Positions 15,360 to 31,090 of a stretch of DNA of 64,000 bases are shown here, piece by piece. Source of the DNA: the human T2T-CHM13v2.0 reference genome, Homo sapiens. Below the pieces are notes generated by a model, which made no database searches, was not told where the DNA came from, and saw nothing but the letters and a program-made list of their open reading frames with translations. The translations under genes and the position numbers were made by a program. The stretch lies in the NCBI RefSeq assembly GCF_009914755.1, contig NC_060931.1; one strand, written 5' to 3'. Positions within the stretch are counted from its first letter, which is position 1; the number at the start of each line of letters is the position of its first letter.

Positions 15360-15841
15360 CACCCAGCTTTATTAAGATATGATTGAAAAAAATTGTGTAT
15401 ATTTATGGTATGCATGATGTTTTGATGTATGTACATACTGTGAAATGATTACATCAAGTGAATTACTTTATCTGTCACCTCACGTACTTTTCATGTTTTT
15501 ATGGTGAGAACATTTCACCATTTCCAAGTATATAATACATTACTAACTGTAGTTACCACAGTGTGCAATAGATCTCCAGAACTTATTGCCCCAGTATAAT
15601 TGGACTTTTGTACCTTTTAACCAGTGTCTCTCTGTACACCCTCCTCACTTCCTCCAGAGTCTGGCACCATCATTATACTTTCTCTTTCGTGAGTTCAACT
15701 TTTTTAGATTCCACATGTAAATGAGATCATGTAGTATTTGTCTTTCTGTGCCTGGCTTATTTCATTTATAATGTCCTCCAGGTTCATTCGTGTTGTTGCA
15801 AATGACAGGATTTCCTTCATTTTAAGGCTGAGTCGTATTCT

Positions 15842-15890
<49 letters not shown>

Positions 15891-16760
15891 CACCCTGTTT
15901 TCTTTATCCATTCATTCATCCATAGATACTTAGTTTGACCCCATATCTTAGGTATTGCGAATAGTGCTGTAATAAACATGGGAGTGCAGATATCTCTTTG
16001 ACATACTGATTTCATTTTCTTTGGATGCATACCCAGAAGGGGGAGTGCTGGATCATATCATAGTTCTATTTTTAATTCTTGGAGAAACCTCCAGATTGTT
16101 TTTCCTAATGGCTGTACTAATTTATATTCCCATCAACAGTGTGTGAGAGTTCCTTTTTCTCTACATCCTCACCAGCCCTTGCTATCTTTTTGTTATTTTT
16201 TGATAAAAGCCATTCTTACTTGTGTGAGGTGATATCTCATTGTGGTTTCACTTTGCATTTCCCTGATTATTAATGATGTTGAGTATTTTTTCATTTACCT
16301 GTTGTCCATTTGTATATCTTCTTTGTAAAAATGTCTATTCAGATCCTTTGCCTATTTTTTCCATCATGTTATTTGTTTTCTTGTTATTGAGTTTTTTGAG
16401 TTCCTCATATATTTTGGATGTTAACACCTTATCAGATGTTTGTTTCAGAAATATTTGCCCCCATTTTGTAGGTTTTCTCTTCATTCTGTTGATTGTTCCT
16501 GTGCAGAAGCTTTGTAGTTTGGTATTATGCTATTTGTTTATTTTTGCTTCTGTTGCCTGTGTTTTGGGGGTTATAGCCAAAACAATTATTGCCCAGAGCA
16601 ATATCAGGAAGCTTTTACCCTATGTTTTCTTCCAAAAGTTTTATAGCTTCAGGTCTGTGTTTAAGTCTTTAGCCTATTTTGAGTGTTTTTTATATATGTC
16701 ATGATTTCAGAGTCTGATTTTATTGTTTTGCATGTGGTTATCCAGTTTTCCAACACTATT
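15360..16760 (-). mobile_element. L1MA-type 3' end, with (TG)n at ~15845-15886
   Basis: Antisense L1 3'UTR and ORF2 end (ttttagattccacatgtaaatgagatcatgtagtatttgtctttctgtgcctggcttatttca). Confidence 0.85.
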
Positions 16761-16879
16761 ACAGTTAGGTTAATTTTTATAGGACTTTCATCTTGAATAG
16801 TTCTTTAATGTGCACTGGCCACTTTGTTGATACAATATAAAATCATGGGCAACTTAGTTTTACTCTTTTTCATTAATAG

Positions 16880-17165
16880 TGGAATGTGGTTGTTCAGATG
16901 GTAGACTCAGGAATTAGACCTACGTGGGAATACATCTTGGTGTAATCATTCACCAGCTGTGGAACTTGGTGCTTGTTCCTTTCACTGGCCACTTGTGTAC
17001 CTCCTTGGGCTTGCCATTTGTCTTCAGGCATCTATTTCCTAGCCTACCAAATGAGATCATATTTATAACTACCTTCCCAATTGGCTGTTTATTTCTGTGA
17101 TCTATGGATGCATTTAAAATACCTAGTACAGTTCCTGGCACACCATAAATGCTAGCTGGTGGTAT
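16880..17165 (+). mobile_element. MIR
   Basis: Degenerate MIR core and end (aaaatacctagtacagttcctggcacaccataaatgct). Confidence 0.6.
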
Positions 17166-18039
17166 TATTTCCTCAACTTAAACTCTCAGGCAGGCTTATC
17201 TTTTCTCTACCTCTGTAGTTTTTTCCCTGCCACAGCTTTGCTGTTGTTATTCTTTTCATTTGAAATGTTCCTCTATGCCTCTTTACAAACCATGGACATT
17301 TAATCTATCTTCCAGCAATTAAGTCTTCATGAATCCTGATTTGACTGTTCTAATTCACCAAGATCTTTTCTTTTCATGGAGTCTGTGTGTCTACTGTCAG
17401 TTCTGTTTATTGTGACTCTCAATGATACATTGGGATTTGATTTTTGTATTTTCTTGTTTTGTTAATAAGACTCAAAATTCCATGCAGTCAAGTGCTCTCT
17501 AAATTTTTACATATTTCTAAAAATTGAGCACACAGGCATGTTTTGGATTTTTTTGTCTTTTATTAAAAAATGATTTTTTGTTATGTACCATGAACTGTAT
17601 GTATTCTGAACATTGAAGATACTACTAATTATTTTAATTGTTAACAATTTGATTAAGTTATATGAGTTTGTAATACACTGAGATACATTCAAATTTCCGT
17701 TGTTATTTATTTTAGCGGGATCTTTCACAAAAATTTATTTTTAAAGTGCCATGATTAGATTACACGTATGCAGGGCACTGAATTTATAAGTAAATGGATC
17801 AAATAAATAAATGCATCAGATGTATATACATTTAAATAAAATTATTCACATATACATATATATAAGAAAAGTGAAATACATTTTTTAAAAAGATGAAAAT
17901 ATAAAATTAGCAATAAAAAAGAAGTGAAATAAAAGTAAAAATGGAAGTTTCTTGAACTTCTCTGCCACTGGAATACCTCTCTGGCCATGTTTTCTTCTTA
18001 TGTCCTGCCCTGTTGCTAGACTTCCACAACTTTTGAAAT

Positions 18040-19090
18040 AAATATTTTCCCTGTTATATTATTGAATCTGATAATATTTGTGCTGATCGGCAGCCTACTT
18101 TTTTCACTGTTTATTTTATAAAAATTTTTACGTTTCATAAGTAGATCCCTATGGTATTTTTAATAGTTACATAGTATGCCAGTGTATGATTGTTTTGTAA
18201 TTTATTTAACAATTAACTTCTTAGTGGATAGTTAGATTGTTTCTAGTATTTTGCTGTTATTATATGAATATCCTTCACATATTTTACTATTCTGGGCCAA
18301 TTATTTTCTTTGGACCTTTTCTTAGGAGAGGCATTTTGGTGACTAGAAATATATCCTCTATTTATACTGCATATTGTCAAACTGCCTTCTATAAAGTCTA
18401 TACCAATGTATTCACTCAAGATTAACCTGTGTTCCTAAATTTTTATTAATCTTTTAAAATACTTGTTTATGTTAGGTAAAAAATTTCATCTTTCAATATT
18501 CTTTGATTCTGGAAAGATTGAACATATGTTTTGAAATGTATATTGGCCATTTGTAGGCATTTTATGAATTGCTTCCTAATATACCATTTCCATTTTCTAC
18601 TAGAATGTTCACCTTTTCTTATTAATTTATACATTAATAGTATCAACTATTTTTTATATACAGGGTGGTCGCTAAGTCTAGAAACACAGGAAAATATATA
18701 ATAAATGGTTTATAGATATTATAATTCATGATCAAATAATATCTGTTTCCAGATTTTATGGCTACCCTCTACATTCTACAGATAATTCCCTTTTCTCTCC
18801 CTACCTCCCAGTATGTCATTTATCATTAACTGAGTTTAGTGTGTTTTGTCAGAGGGATTATTTAGATTTTTATCTAAAAATGTGGCCAAATTTATAGGGA
18901 TGTTTTATTTTCAGTTTTGGCTTTGGTTTTAGAAAGGCCCTTCTCATTGAGGAATTAGTCACCCAAATTTTCTCCCATGACTTTTATTACTTTATTTTAA
19001 ATAATTGATCATTTAACCCACTTAGAATTTATATAGGTGTTAGTGTGAAGTAAGGCTCCATCTTTATTTTTCAGAATGGCCTGCTGGTTG
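18040..19090 (-). mobile_element. Ancient L1M (L1MC/ME) fragment
   Basis: Degenerate antisense L1 3' motifs (tattggccatttgt; gtgaagtaaggctccatctttatttt). Confidence 0.55.
18661..18769. mobile_element. ~109-bp TcMar-type MITE (hairpin)
   Basis: Imperfect ~29-bp terminal inverted repeats CAGGGTGGTCGCTAAGTCTAGAAACAC ... TCTGTTTCCAGATTTTATGGCTACCCTC, flanked by TA on both sides. Confidence 0.7.
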
Positions 19091-19267
19091 TTCTCAGAAG
19101 AGGCCTCCACCTGAGGCTTTAATGACTGCTAACTAGCAGATTTCAAGCTCTTGGGAAATCCCTAACATCTCTGAGTCTCACTTTTCTCACTTGTAAAATG
19201 GGGAGTTAGAATATTTCTTATCTCAAATTGAAGTCCATGTAGGGTAAATAACTTGTCCAGAGTCTAA

Positions 19268-19649
<382 letters not shown>

Positions 19650-20054
19650 TACCGTGTACATTATTTCATGTGTCATTTGGATAACTATAGTTTGGGGTGA
19701 AAGGGATGATTTTTACCTTGATCATAAATTGAGAAATCTAAGGTTAGAGTTAGTGAATGGTATATAGATTCTTTTTTATTTTTGGTCAGCAGATGTTATT
19801 TTAAATTGATGAAATATATTATTTTATATAAAATACTTTTCATAACAGAAACTTTGAAATATGAAGTGCTCTCAGAAGAATTAGTAATGTTACTTTGTAA
19901 AAAATACAAGAAAATGTCAACTCAGAAATCAAAGTACAGATACAGAACATGGTTTTTATTTTGATTTTGTTTAAAAACTCTAACCTCAAGATGCTTTCTT
20001 GTTTAATAAATATAATGTAAATTTTTGAAAGATTTATAAAGAATTAAACAGGAA

Positions 20055-20365
20055 GGCCAGGTGTAGTGGCTCACACATGTAATCCAAGCACATTGGGAGG
20101 CCAAGGCAGGAAGATAACTTGAAGCCAAGAGTTCGAGAACAGCTTGGGCAGCATAGCAAGCCTCCATCTCTACTAAAAAAAAAAAAAAAAAAAAAAACCT
20201 GGGCATCATAAGGTGCATGCCTGTAGTCCCAGCTCCTCAGAAAACTGAGGCAGTAGGATCACTTGAGCCCAGGAGTTTGAGGCTGCAGTGAGCCATGATT
20301 GTGCTACTGCACTGCACTCCAGCCCGGGTGTCAGAGTGAGACCCTGTCTCAAAAAAACAAAAAAA
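20055..20365 (+). mobile_element. AluJ (candidate source copy, see findings)
   Basis: Full dimer; approximate TSD aaagaattaaacagga / aaagaattataccaga. Confidence 0.88.
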
Positions 20366-20535
20366 GGAATTAAAAGAATTATACCAGAGAAAATGAGAAA
20401 ATGCCCAGAGTCAGTCTTAGTGATTTCAGGATAACTCAAAAAAAAAAAAAAAAGAAAGAAATTAAAAAATATTATTGAATGGTTTGTAGTCACTGAAGTC
20501 AGAGCTAGAAAAGACCTTAACTTACCTGATTTTTC

Positions 20536-21670
20536 TTTGATTTGCATTCTCTGATGGCCAGTGATGATGAGCATTTTTTCATGCGTCTGTTGGCTGCATA
20601 AATGTCTTCTTTTGAGAAGTGTCAGTTCATATCCTTCACCCACTTTTTGATGGGGTTGTTTGTTTTTTTCTTGTAAATTTGTTTAAGTTCTTTGTAGATT
20701 CTGGATATTAGCCCTTTATCAGATGGGTAGATTGCAAAAATTTTCTCCCATTCTGTAGGTTGCCTGTTCACTCTGATGGTAATTTCTTTTGCTGTGCAGA
20801 AGCTCTTTAGTTTAATTAGATTCCATTTGTCAATTTTGGCTTTTGTTGCCATTGCTTTTGGTGTTTTAGACATGAAGTCCTTGACCATGCCTATGTCCTG
20901 AATGGTATTGCCTAGGTTTTCTTCTAGGGTTTTTATGGTTTTAGGTCTGACATTTAAGTCTTTAATCCATCTTGAATGGCGATCATTAAAAAGTCAGGAA
21001 ACAACAGGTGATGGAGAGGATGTGGAGAAATAGGAACACTTTTACACGTTGGTGGGATTGTAAACTAGTTCAACCACTGTGGAAGACAGTGTGGCAATTC
21101 CTCAAGGATCTAGAACTAGAAATACCATTTGACCCAGCCATCCCATTACTGGATATATACCCAAAGGATTATAAATCATGCTGCTATAAAGACACATGCA
21201 CATGTATGTTTATTGCGGCACTATTCACAATAGCAAAGACTTGGAACCAACCTAAATGTCCATCAGTGATAGACTGGATTAAGAAAATGTGGCACATATA
21301 CACCATGGAATACTATGCAGCCATAAAAAATGATGAGTTCATGTCATTTGTAGGGACATGGATGAAGCTGGAAACCATCATTCTGAGCAAACTATCACAA
21401 GGACAGAAAACCAGACACCGCATGTTCTCACTCATAGGTGGGAATTGAATAATGAGAACATATGGACACAGGGTGGGGAACACCACACACCGGGGCCTGT
21501 TGTGGGGTGGGGGGAGGAGGGAGGGATAGCATTAGGAGATATACCTAATGTAAATGACGAGTTAGTGGGTGCAGCACACCAACATGGCACACGTATACAT
21601 ATGTAACAAACCTGCACATTGTGCACATGTTTCCCAGAACTTAAAGTATAATAATAAATAAAAAAAAAAA
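20536..21670 (+). mobile_element. 5'-truncated, 5'-inverted L1PA5/6-like element (inverted part 20536-20977, sense part 20974-21670)
   Basis: ORF2 C-terminal peptides occur on opposite strands (20622-20888 minus; 21008-21448 plus). GAAT microhomology at the junction; 3'UTR and poly(A) present. Confidence 0.92.
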
Positions 21671-22167
21671 GAATGTGGTTTTTCAGTAGTCCATTTTTTG
21701 CTATTTCTTAACAAGTTTTATAGAGTCTTGGCCTTTGACTTAGCCTTTTTATATTATCATTTCATATTGACTATTGAAAGGGTCTTATACTAGACCCATT
21801 GTGCCCACTGAGTAGGAGTTATGAGATGAAGTTATTTTGTTCTTTTTATTTTGGTAAAATTATTTTTTGTATTTTTACCTTTGCCTTTCAACAGGGCATC
21901 CTTAAATATCCCTCCAAATTCAGAATATGGGTTTAGGCTGGGTTTAACTTGCCAGACTGCTTAAAGCTGTTTGCTAATTGAATTTATCCAAATATATCAT
22001 TTGTTGCAACTTTGATGTGTTTGTTTCACTCATCCACCATGGGCCGTTTACTGCCCACCACTTGGGGTGTCCCTGCTATCCACTTCACTTTGTAAACATT
22101 GGAAGATAGTTGAGTACCATGAAGAAAACAAAGACCTCGGGCTTTAGCACATAAAAAAAAAATTCCC

Positions 22168-22477
<310 letters not shown>

Positions 22478-23200
22478 CTATTTGATTAGATTATCATATT
22501 TTGCATACTTTTAGAATCTTTAGCAAACATAACCTAAAATCAAAGTACACAGTACACATATCACAAAATTTGTGATAATTTTTGGCTGTTTTTCCAAACA
22601 GATTGAAGCTGCACGTGATAGTTTCCTTGTTTATCTCTATTGTTCCTTCCACACACCCATGTGACATTTATTTTCTTTGTGGTTGACTGAGAAAAAAAGT
22701 TAACTTTCCCATGTCCTTCCCCGGTCAGCTATCCTGTTTGCCTTAAATTCTATTGCTCTTCACTTGTGTTGGTACTTTCAGGCCTTTTTCACTAAACACT
22801 GTCTCTCTTCAAATACCTTCTCGGCTGCCATCATTCATGTTGAATCTTTCTTCAGTTAAAAAAGTTCAGCATGGACTTTTATGTTTTACTTCATTGTTAA
22901 ATGTATATTATGGGTTAAATGTATTTATTTTTTTGAAAATATTATATGGGTATAGGTACAGAATTTTAAAAAGTTTCCTTTACATCTCTGTCCTCCAGTT
23001 ATCCAGTTCCCCCTTTGAGCAATATCTATTATTGCATTTATTGTCAGTCTCCTTCTTGAGGGAGCCCATGTATTCATGTATGCATGTATATGTGAATATA
23101 CACAGACACACAGACACACATACTTACAGACACACACATAATTGTATTTTTTGTATGCAGATGTTGGCATATTAGGTACATCCTACTGATATCTCTTAGC

Positions 23201-23615
<415 letters not shown>

Positions 23616-23800
23616 GATATCTTCACTTAGCAAAATATCTTAGAGCTAATTCCATACTAATACATGTAGAAATGTTTCATTCTTTTTAAGGGCTACATAG
23701 TATATACCATTTGATGGATTTACCATAATTTACTAAATATTCCTCTGTTAAGGCTCATTAAGTTTGTTTACAGTTTTTTATTATTACAAATGGTGCTGTG

Positions 23801-24127
<327 letters not shown>

Positions 24128-24538
24128 TTATATGTGTATTATATTACACATATAGGATTATATCTATAGGATAAATTCCAGAAATGAAATTGCTGAGTCA
24201 AAGGGAATACATAATTTATATTCTCACCAGAAACATATGAAAGTTCCTTTCTCATACCCTGTTTCCATCACATGCAACATTGCTCTAGCTGTTTTTGGCT
24301 TCCCCGTAGGGCCCTGAGGTGATGTTCTCCCATACTTCTCTCAGTTTTTCTGTTGTTATTATATTATTAGAAAGCTCTGCCTATTATGTGCCTGTTCCAC
24401 CACAGCTCCCTCCATCCCACCAGTCTGTTTTCCTTCAAGACTCAGATCTATCATACATTCATCTTAGAAACATCCTTGCTCCATAATCACCATTCTGTTC
24501 CCTTCCCCTAGAACTTTCCAGGCCTGATTAGGTGCCCT

Positions 24539-24540
<2 letters not shown>

Positions 24541-24583
<43 letters not shown>
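24541..24583. repeat. (TG)n microsatellite, within degenerate L2-like sequence
   Basis: Read directly. Confidence 0.95.
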
Positions 24584-24585
<2 letters not shown>

Positions 24586-25201
24586 TTCCTCTGCACACAT
24601 GGTCGGTTTCCCCTGCACGCTTCTATTATGGTGCTCATCACTGTGAATTGTGTTCGTGGGTTCTTTGTACATTCTTTCGCCATTTTCATCTCTTTGTCCA
24701 AAACACTTTTCCTATGTCAACATGTAGTAGAGGCTCAGTAAATATGTTTTTGGATAAGATAACTTAAATCCAGTCAGAATTTTAGAATTAGATAGGGCCT
24801 TAGTGATCATTTTATATGTTTACTTTATTAGTGAAAAGTAGACTTTTAAATTTTAATGTTTTAAATTCAAAATTCAACAATTCGTTGTTTTAAACTTCTT
24901 TAAGAAAAAAAACAAACTAATTAAAGTCAGTAGTTTTTTACTTGCCTGTGACTTTTTTCTCCCTGGGTTCAAATCAATACCCCAGTATTACGGTCCTTAA
25001 TGTACAGGGGTTTTATAATGGAACATGCTGCTGTTTCTTCAAACTCAACAAATATCAGATATATATATATATATCTTTTGTTTCTTCCCATTTTCCTTCT
25101 TGCTCAACTATCCTTTGTTCTCAGGACCTTGCTCCCTAGACCTGCCCAAGTTTGGAAAAGACTGAGAGGGAAGGAAGCTGAAAGCAAAGAATCACTGTTC
25201 T

Positions 25202-25328
25202 GGCTGGGTGCAGTGGCTCATGTCTGTAATCCCAGCATTTCAGGAGACCAAGGTGACAGGGTTTCTTGGGGTCAGGAAGTAGAGATCAGCCTGGGTCACG
25301 AAACTAGAACTCATCTCAAAAAAAAAAA
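25202..25328 (+). mobile_element. FLAM-type Alu monomer
   Basis: ggctgggtgcagtggctcatgtctgtaatcccagc; a single monomer plus A-tail. Confidence 0.8.
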
Positions 25329-26869
25329 TCGCTTTTTTTTTCTTTCTTTTTGCTGGGGGACCTGTGAAAAGCATTGTGCCTTGACTGTGAAGGCCAAATG
25401 ATGCTCTTAGTGCTCCCATCCCCGTTTCCTTTTTTACAGTCTAGACATTGATATTTAGGAACGATCTCGGTCTGTAGAGCAGACAGATTCTCATAATCTC
25501 TATTCACATTGATCTGGGGCAGAGAGGAAAAGAAAAGAGAGAGTCTTCACTGTTTACAAACTTTAAAAATATTAACCGCACCTAGTTGAGAAATGTGGAC
25601 CATGGTGTGAAGATAACTCGGTCCTTCTCCATAGGGAGGGTAAGAATCCAGAAAAGTTATGCCAGTGCCAGTTTCCCTACCTGAAATCCAGTCACTCGAG
25701 GGAGAGGCTCCCTAACACACCTTTCATAACGCTTTTCGTTTATTTATTTATGTGCCCTTTTAATTGTACATACCTCTTCTGTGTGTTTTGGTGTTCATCT
25801 CGACATCTTTTGGCTATCTCTCCTTGAACTGTGGTAACCAAGTTTTCTTATCTTCAACCCCTATCATGACAGATGTTTTGCTTGTTATTTTGGATTGCCA
25901 ATCATCAGCCAAGACTTTTACAGCTGTGATACCATTATTCATGTCTCAGGAATCTGCACAAAAGAAAAACCTCAGATTATTCTCAGGCATTTTGGGAAAT
26001 ATTCTGTTAGTCCTGTGCAATACCTAGTTCCTGCTTCCATTTAATTTCATTGCAATTTTAAAAATGTTTATGGAGTCCCTATTAACTCATAGTTTTGGAC
26101 TTCTTGGTACTCTGCATAGAATATTTATAGGTTCTTTTTTTCTTCTCCATCCTCTTTACTTCATAGAAAAGGACAATGCTTAATTTTTATTAAAATATTC
26201 CCCACAGATGCCTAATTCATTTAATACTGAAATCTAGAATTAGAGCAAAAAGTTGAGAGAGCCATGAGAAGAATATGTCAGTGATGTAGATATATCTTGG
26301 ATTCTTTTCACTTGGATGCATCTGTAGAGATTATTTTGTTTCAGGATCTCTTCTGTTCCTCAGTAGCTTAACATGAAGCCTTACCATTATGCGTTGATTT
26401 CTCTTTTATAAAAACATAATTTGAAATTTATGGCTGAAAAGCAGCAATGAAGACACTGTTTTTCCTTTTGCTGGGCTGTCGGCTGAATTTAGTTTGAGGA
26501 ATACAATGGTTCATCAGATAATTGTGAAAAGAGGTGCCACATCCAAAGGCCTTAGATAATCAATCCTCTGTGTCTGGCATATAGACATTCACAATTGATA
26601 ATATATATGATGTTTTCTCCTTTTCCATCTTATCTTCTTTTGCATGTTTTCAGATGTTGCAAAAAATTTAGTAATTTTCCACAAGAAAATTCACTCCTAA
26701 AAGGTTGTCCTAGAAACAGTTTTGTAAAATCTGGCAGGAGAGCAAAGCATATTTAACTTTTATGTTTGTAGTTTTGATATGATTATTAGCTCTGAAAATA
26801 TAGAAACTAACTCAAGTTAGGTCATCGTGTCAAGGTCTTGATTTGTTTTCTTTCCATTTATTATTTATT

Positions 26870-27580
<711 letters not shown>

Positions 27581-29504
27581 TTGTGAAAACACAAAGACAT
27601 TTTAGTGGAATCAAAATAAAATAGTTTGTCTAGGTGTGATTACTATTAGCTCATCAGAAATAATTGTAAGTTGGCTGATATTTGCTGGAAATGGCCCTTG
27701 GAATGGAAAGCTAGGTCAGGAAATGACAGCTAATGGAATAGACTGAAATGTGAGAGAGTGGAAAGGTCACCTTTTAAGGACTTACTGCTGGAGTCTTGAG
27801 ATAAATGGTGAGACATAATTTTCTACTCTTTGGTGCCTGTTTCATGCCCCCATTACTTAAATTTCCCTGGCTCAGGTTTAATCCAGTAATTTTCCATCAT
27901 AACGATTATGTGCTCATGATAGAAAAACAAACATTTAAAAATGACCCACATTTTCTGGCTAGGTATAGCAGAGTGAACTCTTGCATATATCTTTGCTCCA
28001 TTATAATGATAGTGAGGGTATAATAAACTAACAAGAATAAAACAGATGGGAGACATCAATAAAATTTTGGAAGATACAAGAAGAATGGACAAGTGGTAAC
28101 TGACTTACCAGAGTGGAAAAAGCTGACTTCTGATTTCAACAAGAAGTAGCACTTGGGAAAAGTTCTAGAAATAGAGGTGATGAGATACCTCAGAAAACTG
28201 GGTGGTATAGGTCTGAGAAGAGAAGGTTATCTTAGTTTTGTAAGATATTAAACTCTAAAACTTTGTTTTAAAATGGGAAACCTGACAGTCATAGTTTTGT
28301 TTTATTTTGTTTCACATCTATAAACATATGGAAGAAAAGCGAAGTGCCAAGTCTACTTTTTTGGCTTAATGGTTATTTATGCTTTATAGCAAACAGAGAT
28401 GTCTGTTTAAATATTCTTAATAGGATAACAGATTATTAAGGAAACAAACAGAATTACAGACTTTTTAGAAGTTATACTTACCTTCATAGGACATAACAAC
28501 ATATTTTCATGTCTGAATTGTGGGAAAGGGTCTACTGTTGGAAATAATGTTCACAAAGACTGTTCTGTTACATAGATTAGTACTTGCTTTCCTGATGATC
28601 TAAAAGAAAGGATGTTTTCTTTTCATCTTGATGGCCTTCCTTTCACCAGTAGTTGGAAGGGCCTGTAGTGTTAAAGCTAACTATTGCACTTCCACTAAGT
28701 AGAAAAAAAGCAGGCCTGAAAAGCATAAAGCTTATAATGTGAAATGAAAATGTCAGAAAAAGAATTTTAATCAATGGAATATAGAACATATACTGTGTTG
28801 CCTCTAGTGCTTGAATTTTCCTAAGGAGCAGTTAGAAGCCCAGCTAAGTTTCAGTAACCAGGGATATGCTTCTTCCTTTCCTGGCAGAAGTAGGAGGTTC
28901 TCTTTCTGGAGAAACAACCCACGTTTCTGGATTGTGGGCATAGTCAGCTGAGGGCAAGTGATATACTGAAAACAGGAGGGTGTACTGATTTCTATATGTT
29001 GAATCAGAGATCCTTAGTTCCCATCCCCAGGTTGCTCTCTGAACATTGACACCAAGTTTATGCTGTCCAACCAGGAGATTGGAGGTTCACTCTCTGGGCA
29101 AAGTGATCAATCCATGGTAAAGAATCTGTGGATGTTGACATTTAGGATCCTTCTAATGAAATTTCTGCCTCCCTCTAGAGACGCCCACCCATCCACAACC
29201 CTGCTGTTCTTCACAGAGCTTCCAGGAATGTCGTAATGCTTCACTGTCAACAACAATGGAGAGCCAAGGACGATCAGCTGTTTAACCAAAAAGAAAGAGA
29301 GCAGAGAAACAAATGAATTCAGTTGAAACAATGAAAAATTTGGGAACAGAAGAAAATCTTTAAAGCTCAAAGCTATAATAATATATAGGCCTACCTTGGA
29401 GAGATTGAGAGTTCAATTCCAAACTGCCTCAATACAGCAAATATCACAATAAAGCAAGTCACGTACATTTTATGGTTTCTCAGTTCATATAAAAGTTATG
29501 TTCA

Positions 29505-29965
29505 GACACCTGTACTCATATGTTCAATGAAGCACTACTCATAATAGCGAAAACATGGACTCAACCTAGGCGCTGATCGATGGTGGACTGGATTTAAAAA
29601 TGTGGCATATATACACCATGGAATACTATGCAGTCATAAAAGAATGAAATCATGTCTTTTGCAGGAACGTGAATACAGCTGAAGACCATTGTCCTAAGTG
29701 AATTAGTGCAGAAACAAAAAAAGAAATACTGCATGTTCTTACTTATAAGTGAAAGCTAAACATTGGGTACGCATGGTGGACATAATGATAGAAACAATAG
29801 ACACTAGGGACTCGAAAAGGGGAGAAAGGGATGGGGACAAACGTTGAAAAACTACTTACTGGGTACTATATTTACTATTTGGTTGAGGGGTTCAGTAAAA
29901 GCCAAACCTCTTAATTATACAATATATATACATGCACATGCACCCCATGAATCTAAAAAAAAACC
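29505..29965 (+). mobile_element. L1PA16/L1PB-type 3' end nested in Tigger1
   Basis: aatgtggcatatatacaccatggaatactatgcag...aacaatagacactagggac...gaatctaaaaaa. Confidence 0.85.
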
Positions 29966-30440
29966 CCAATACTGTGTTTACACTATATTATAGTCTAGTA
30001 AGTGTGCAACAGCATTATGTCTAAAAAAAGTATATACTCTAATTAAAAAATACTTTACTGCTAAAAATGCTAATGATCATCTTAGATTTCAGCAAATTAT
30101 AATCTTTTTGCCACTCGGGGGTCTTGCCTCAGTGTTGATGGCTGCTGACTGATCAGAATTGTGGTTGCTGAAGGTTGGGGTATTTGTGGCAATTTCTTAA
30201 AATAACAATTAAGTTTGCTGCATTGATTACTTTCACAAAAGATTTCTCCATAGCATGAGATGCTGTTTGATAGCAATTTACGCATAGCAGAACTTCTTTC
30301 AGATTTGGACTTAATCCTCTAGAACTCTACCACTGCTTTATCAGCTAAGTTTATATTATTTTAAATCTTTGTTGTTATTTCAACAGTGTTCACAACATTT
30401 TCACCAGGAGTAGATTCTGCCTTAAAAATACACTGTTTTT

Positions 30441-30738
30441 GGCTGGGCGCAGTGGCTCACGCCTGTAATCCTAGCACTTTGGGAGGCCGAGGTGGGTGGA
30501 TTACGAGGTTAGGAGATCGAAACCATCCTGGCTAATGGTGAAACCCGTCTCTACTAAAAATAAAAAAATTAGCCGGGCATGGTGGCGGGTGCCTGTAGTC
30601 TCAGGCTACTCAGGAGGCTGAGGCAGGAGAATGGCATGAACCTGGGAGGCAGACCTTGCAGTGAGCCAAGATTGTGCCACTGCACTCCACCCTGGGCGAC
30701 AGAATGAGACTCCATCTCAAAAAAAAAAAAAAACAAAA
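30441..30738 (+). mobile_element. AluY nested in Tigger1
   Basis: Full dimer with gagaatggcatgaacc. Confidence 0.9.
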
Positions 30739-30773
30739 AACACTTTTTTTCGCTCATCCATAAGAAGTGACTC

Positions 30774-31090
<317 letters not shown>

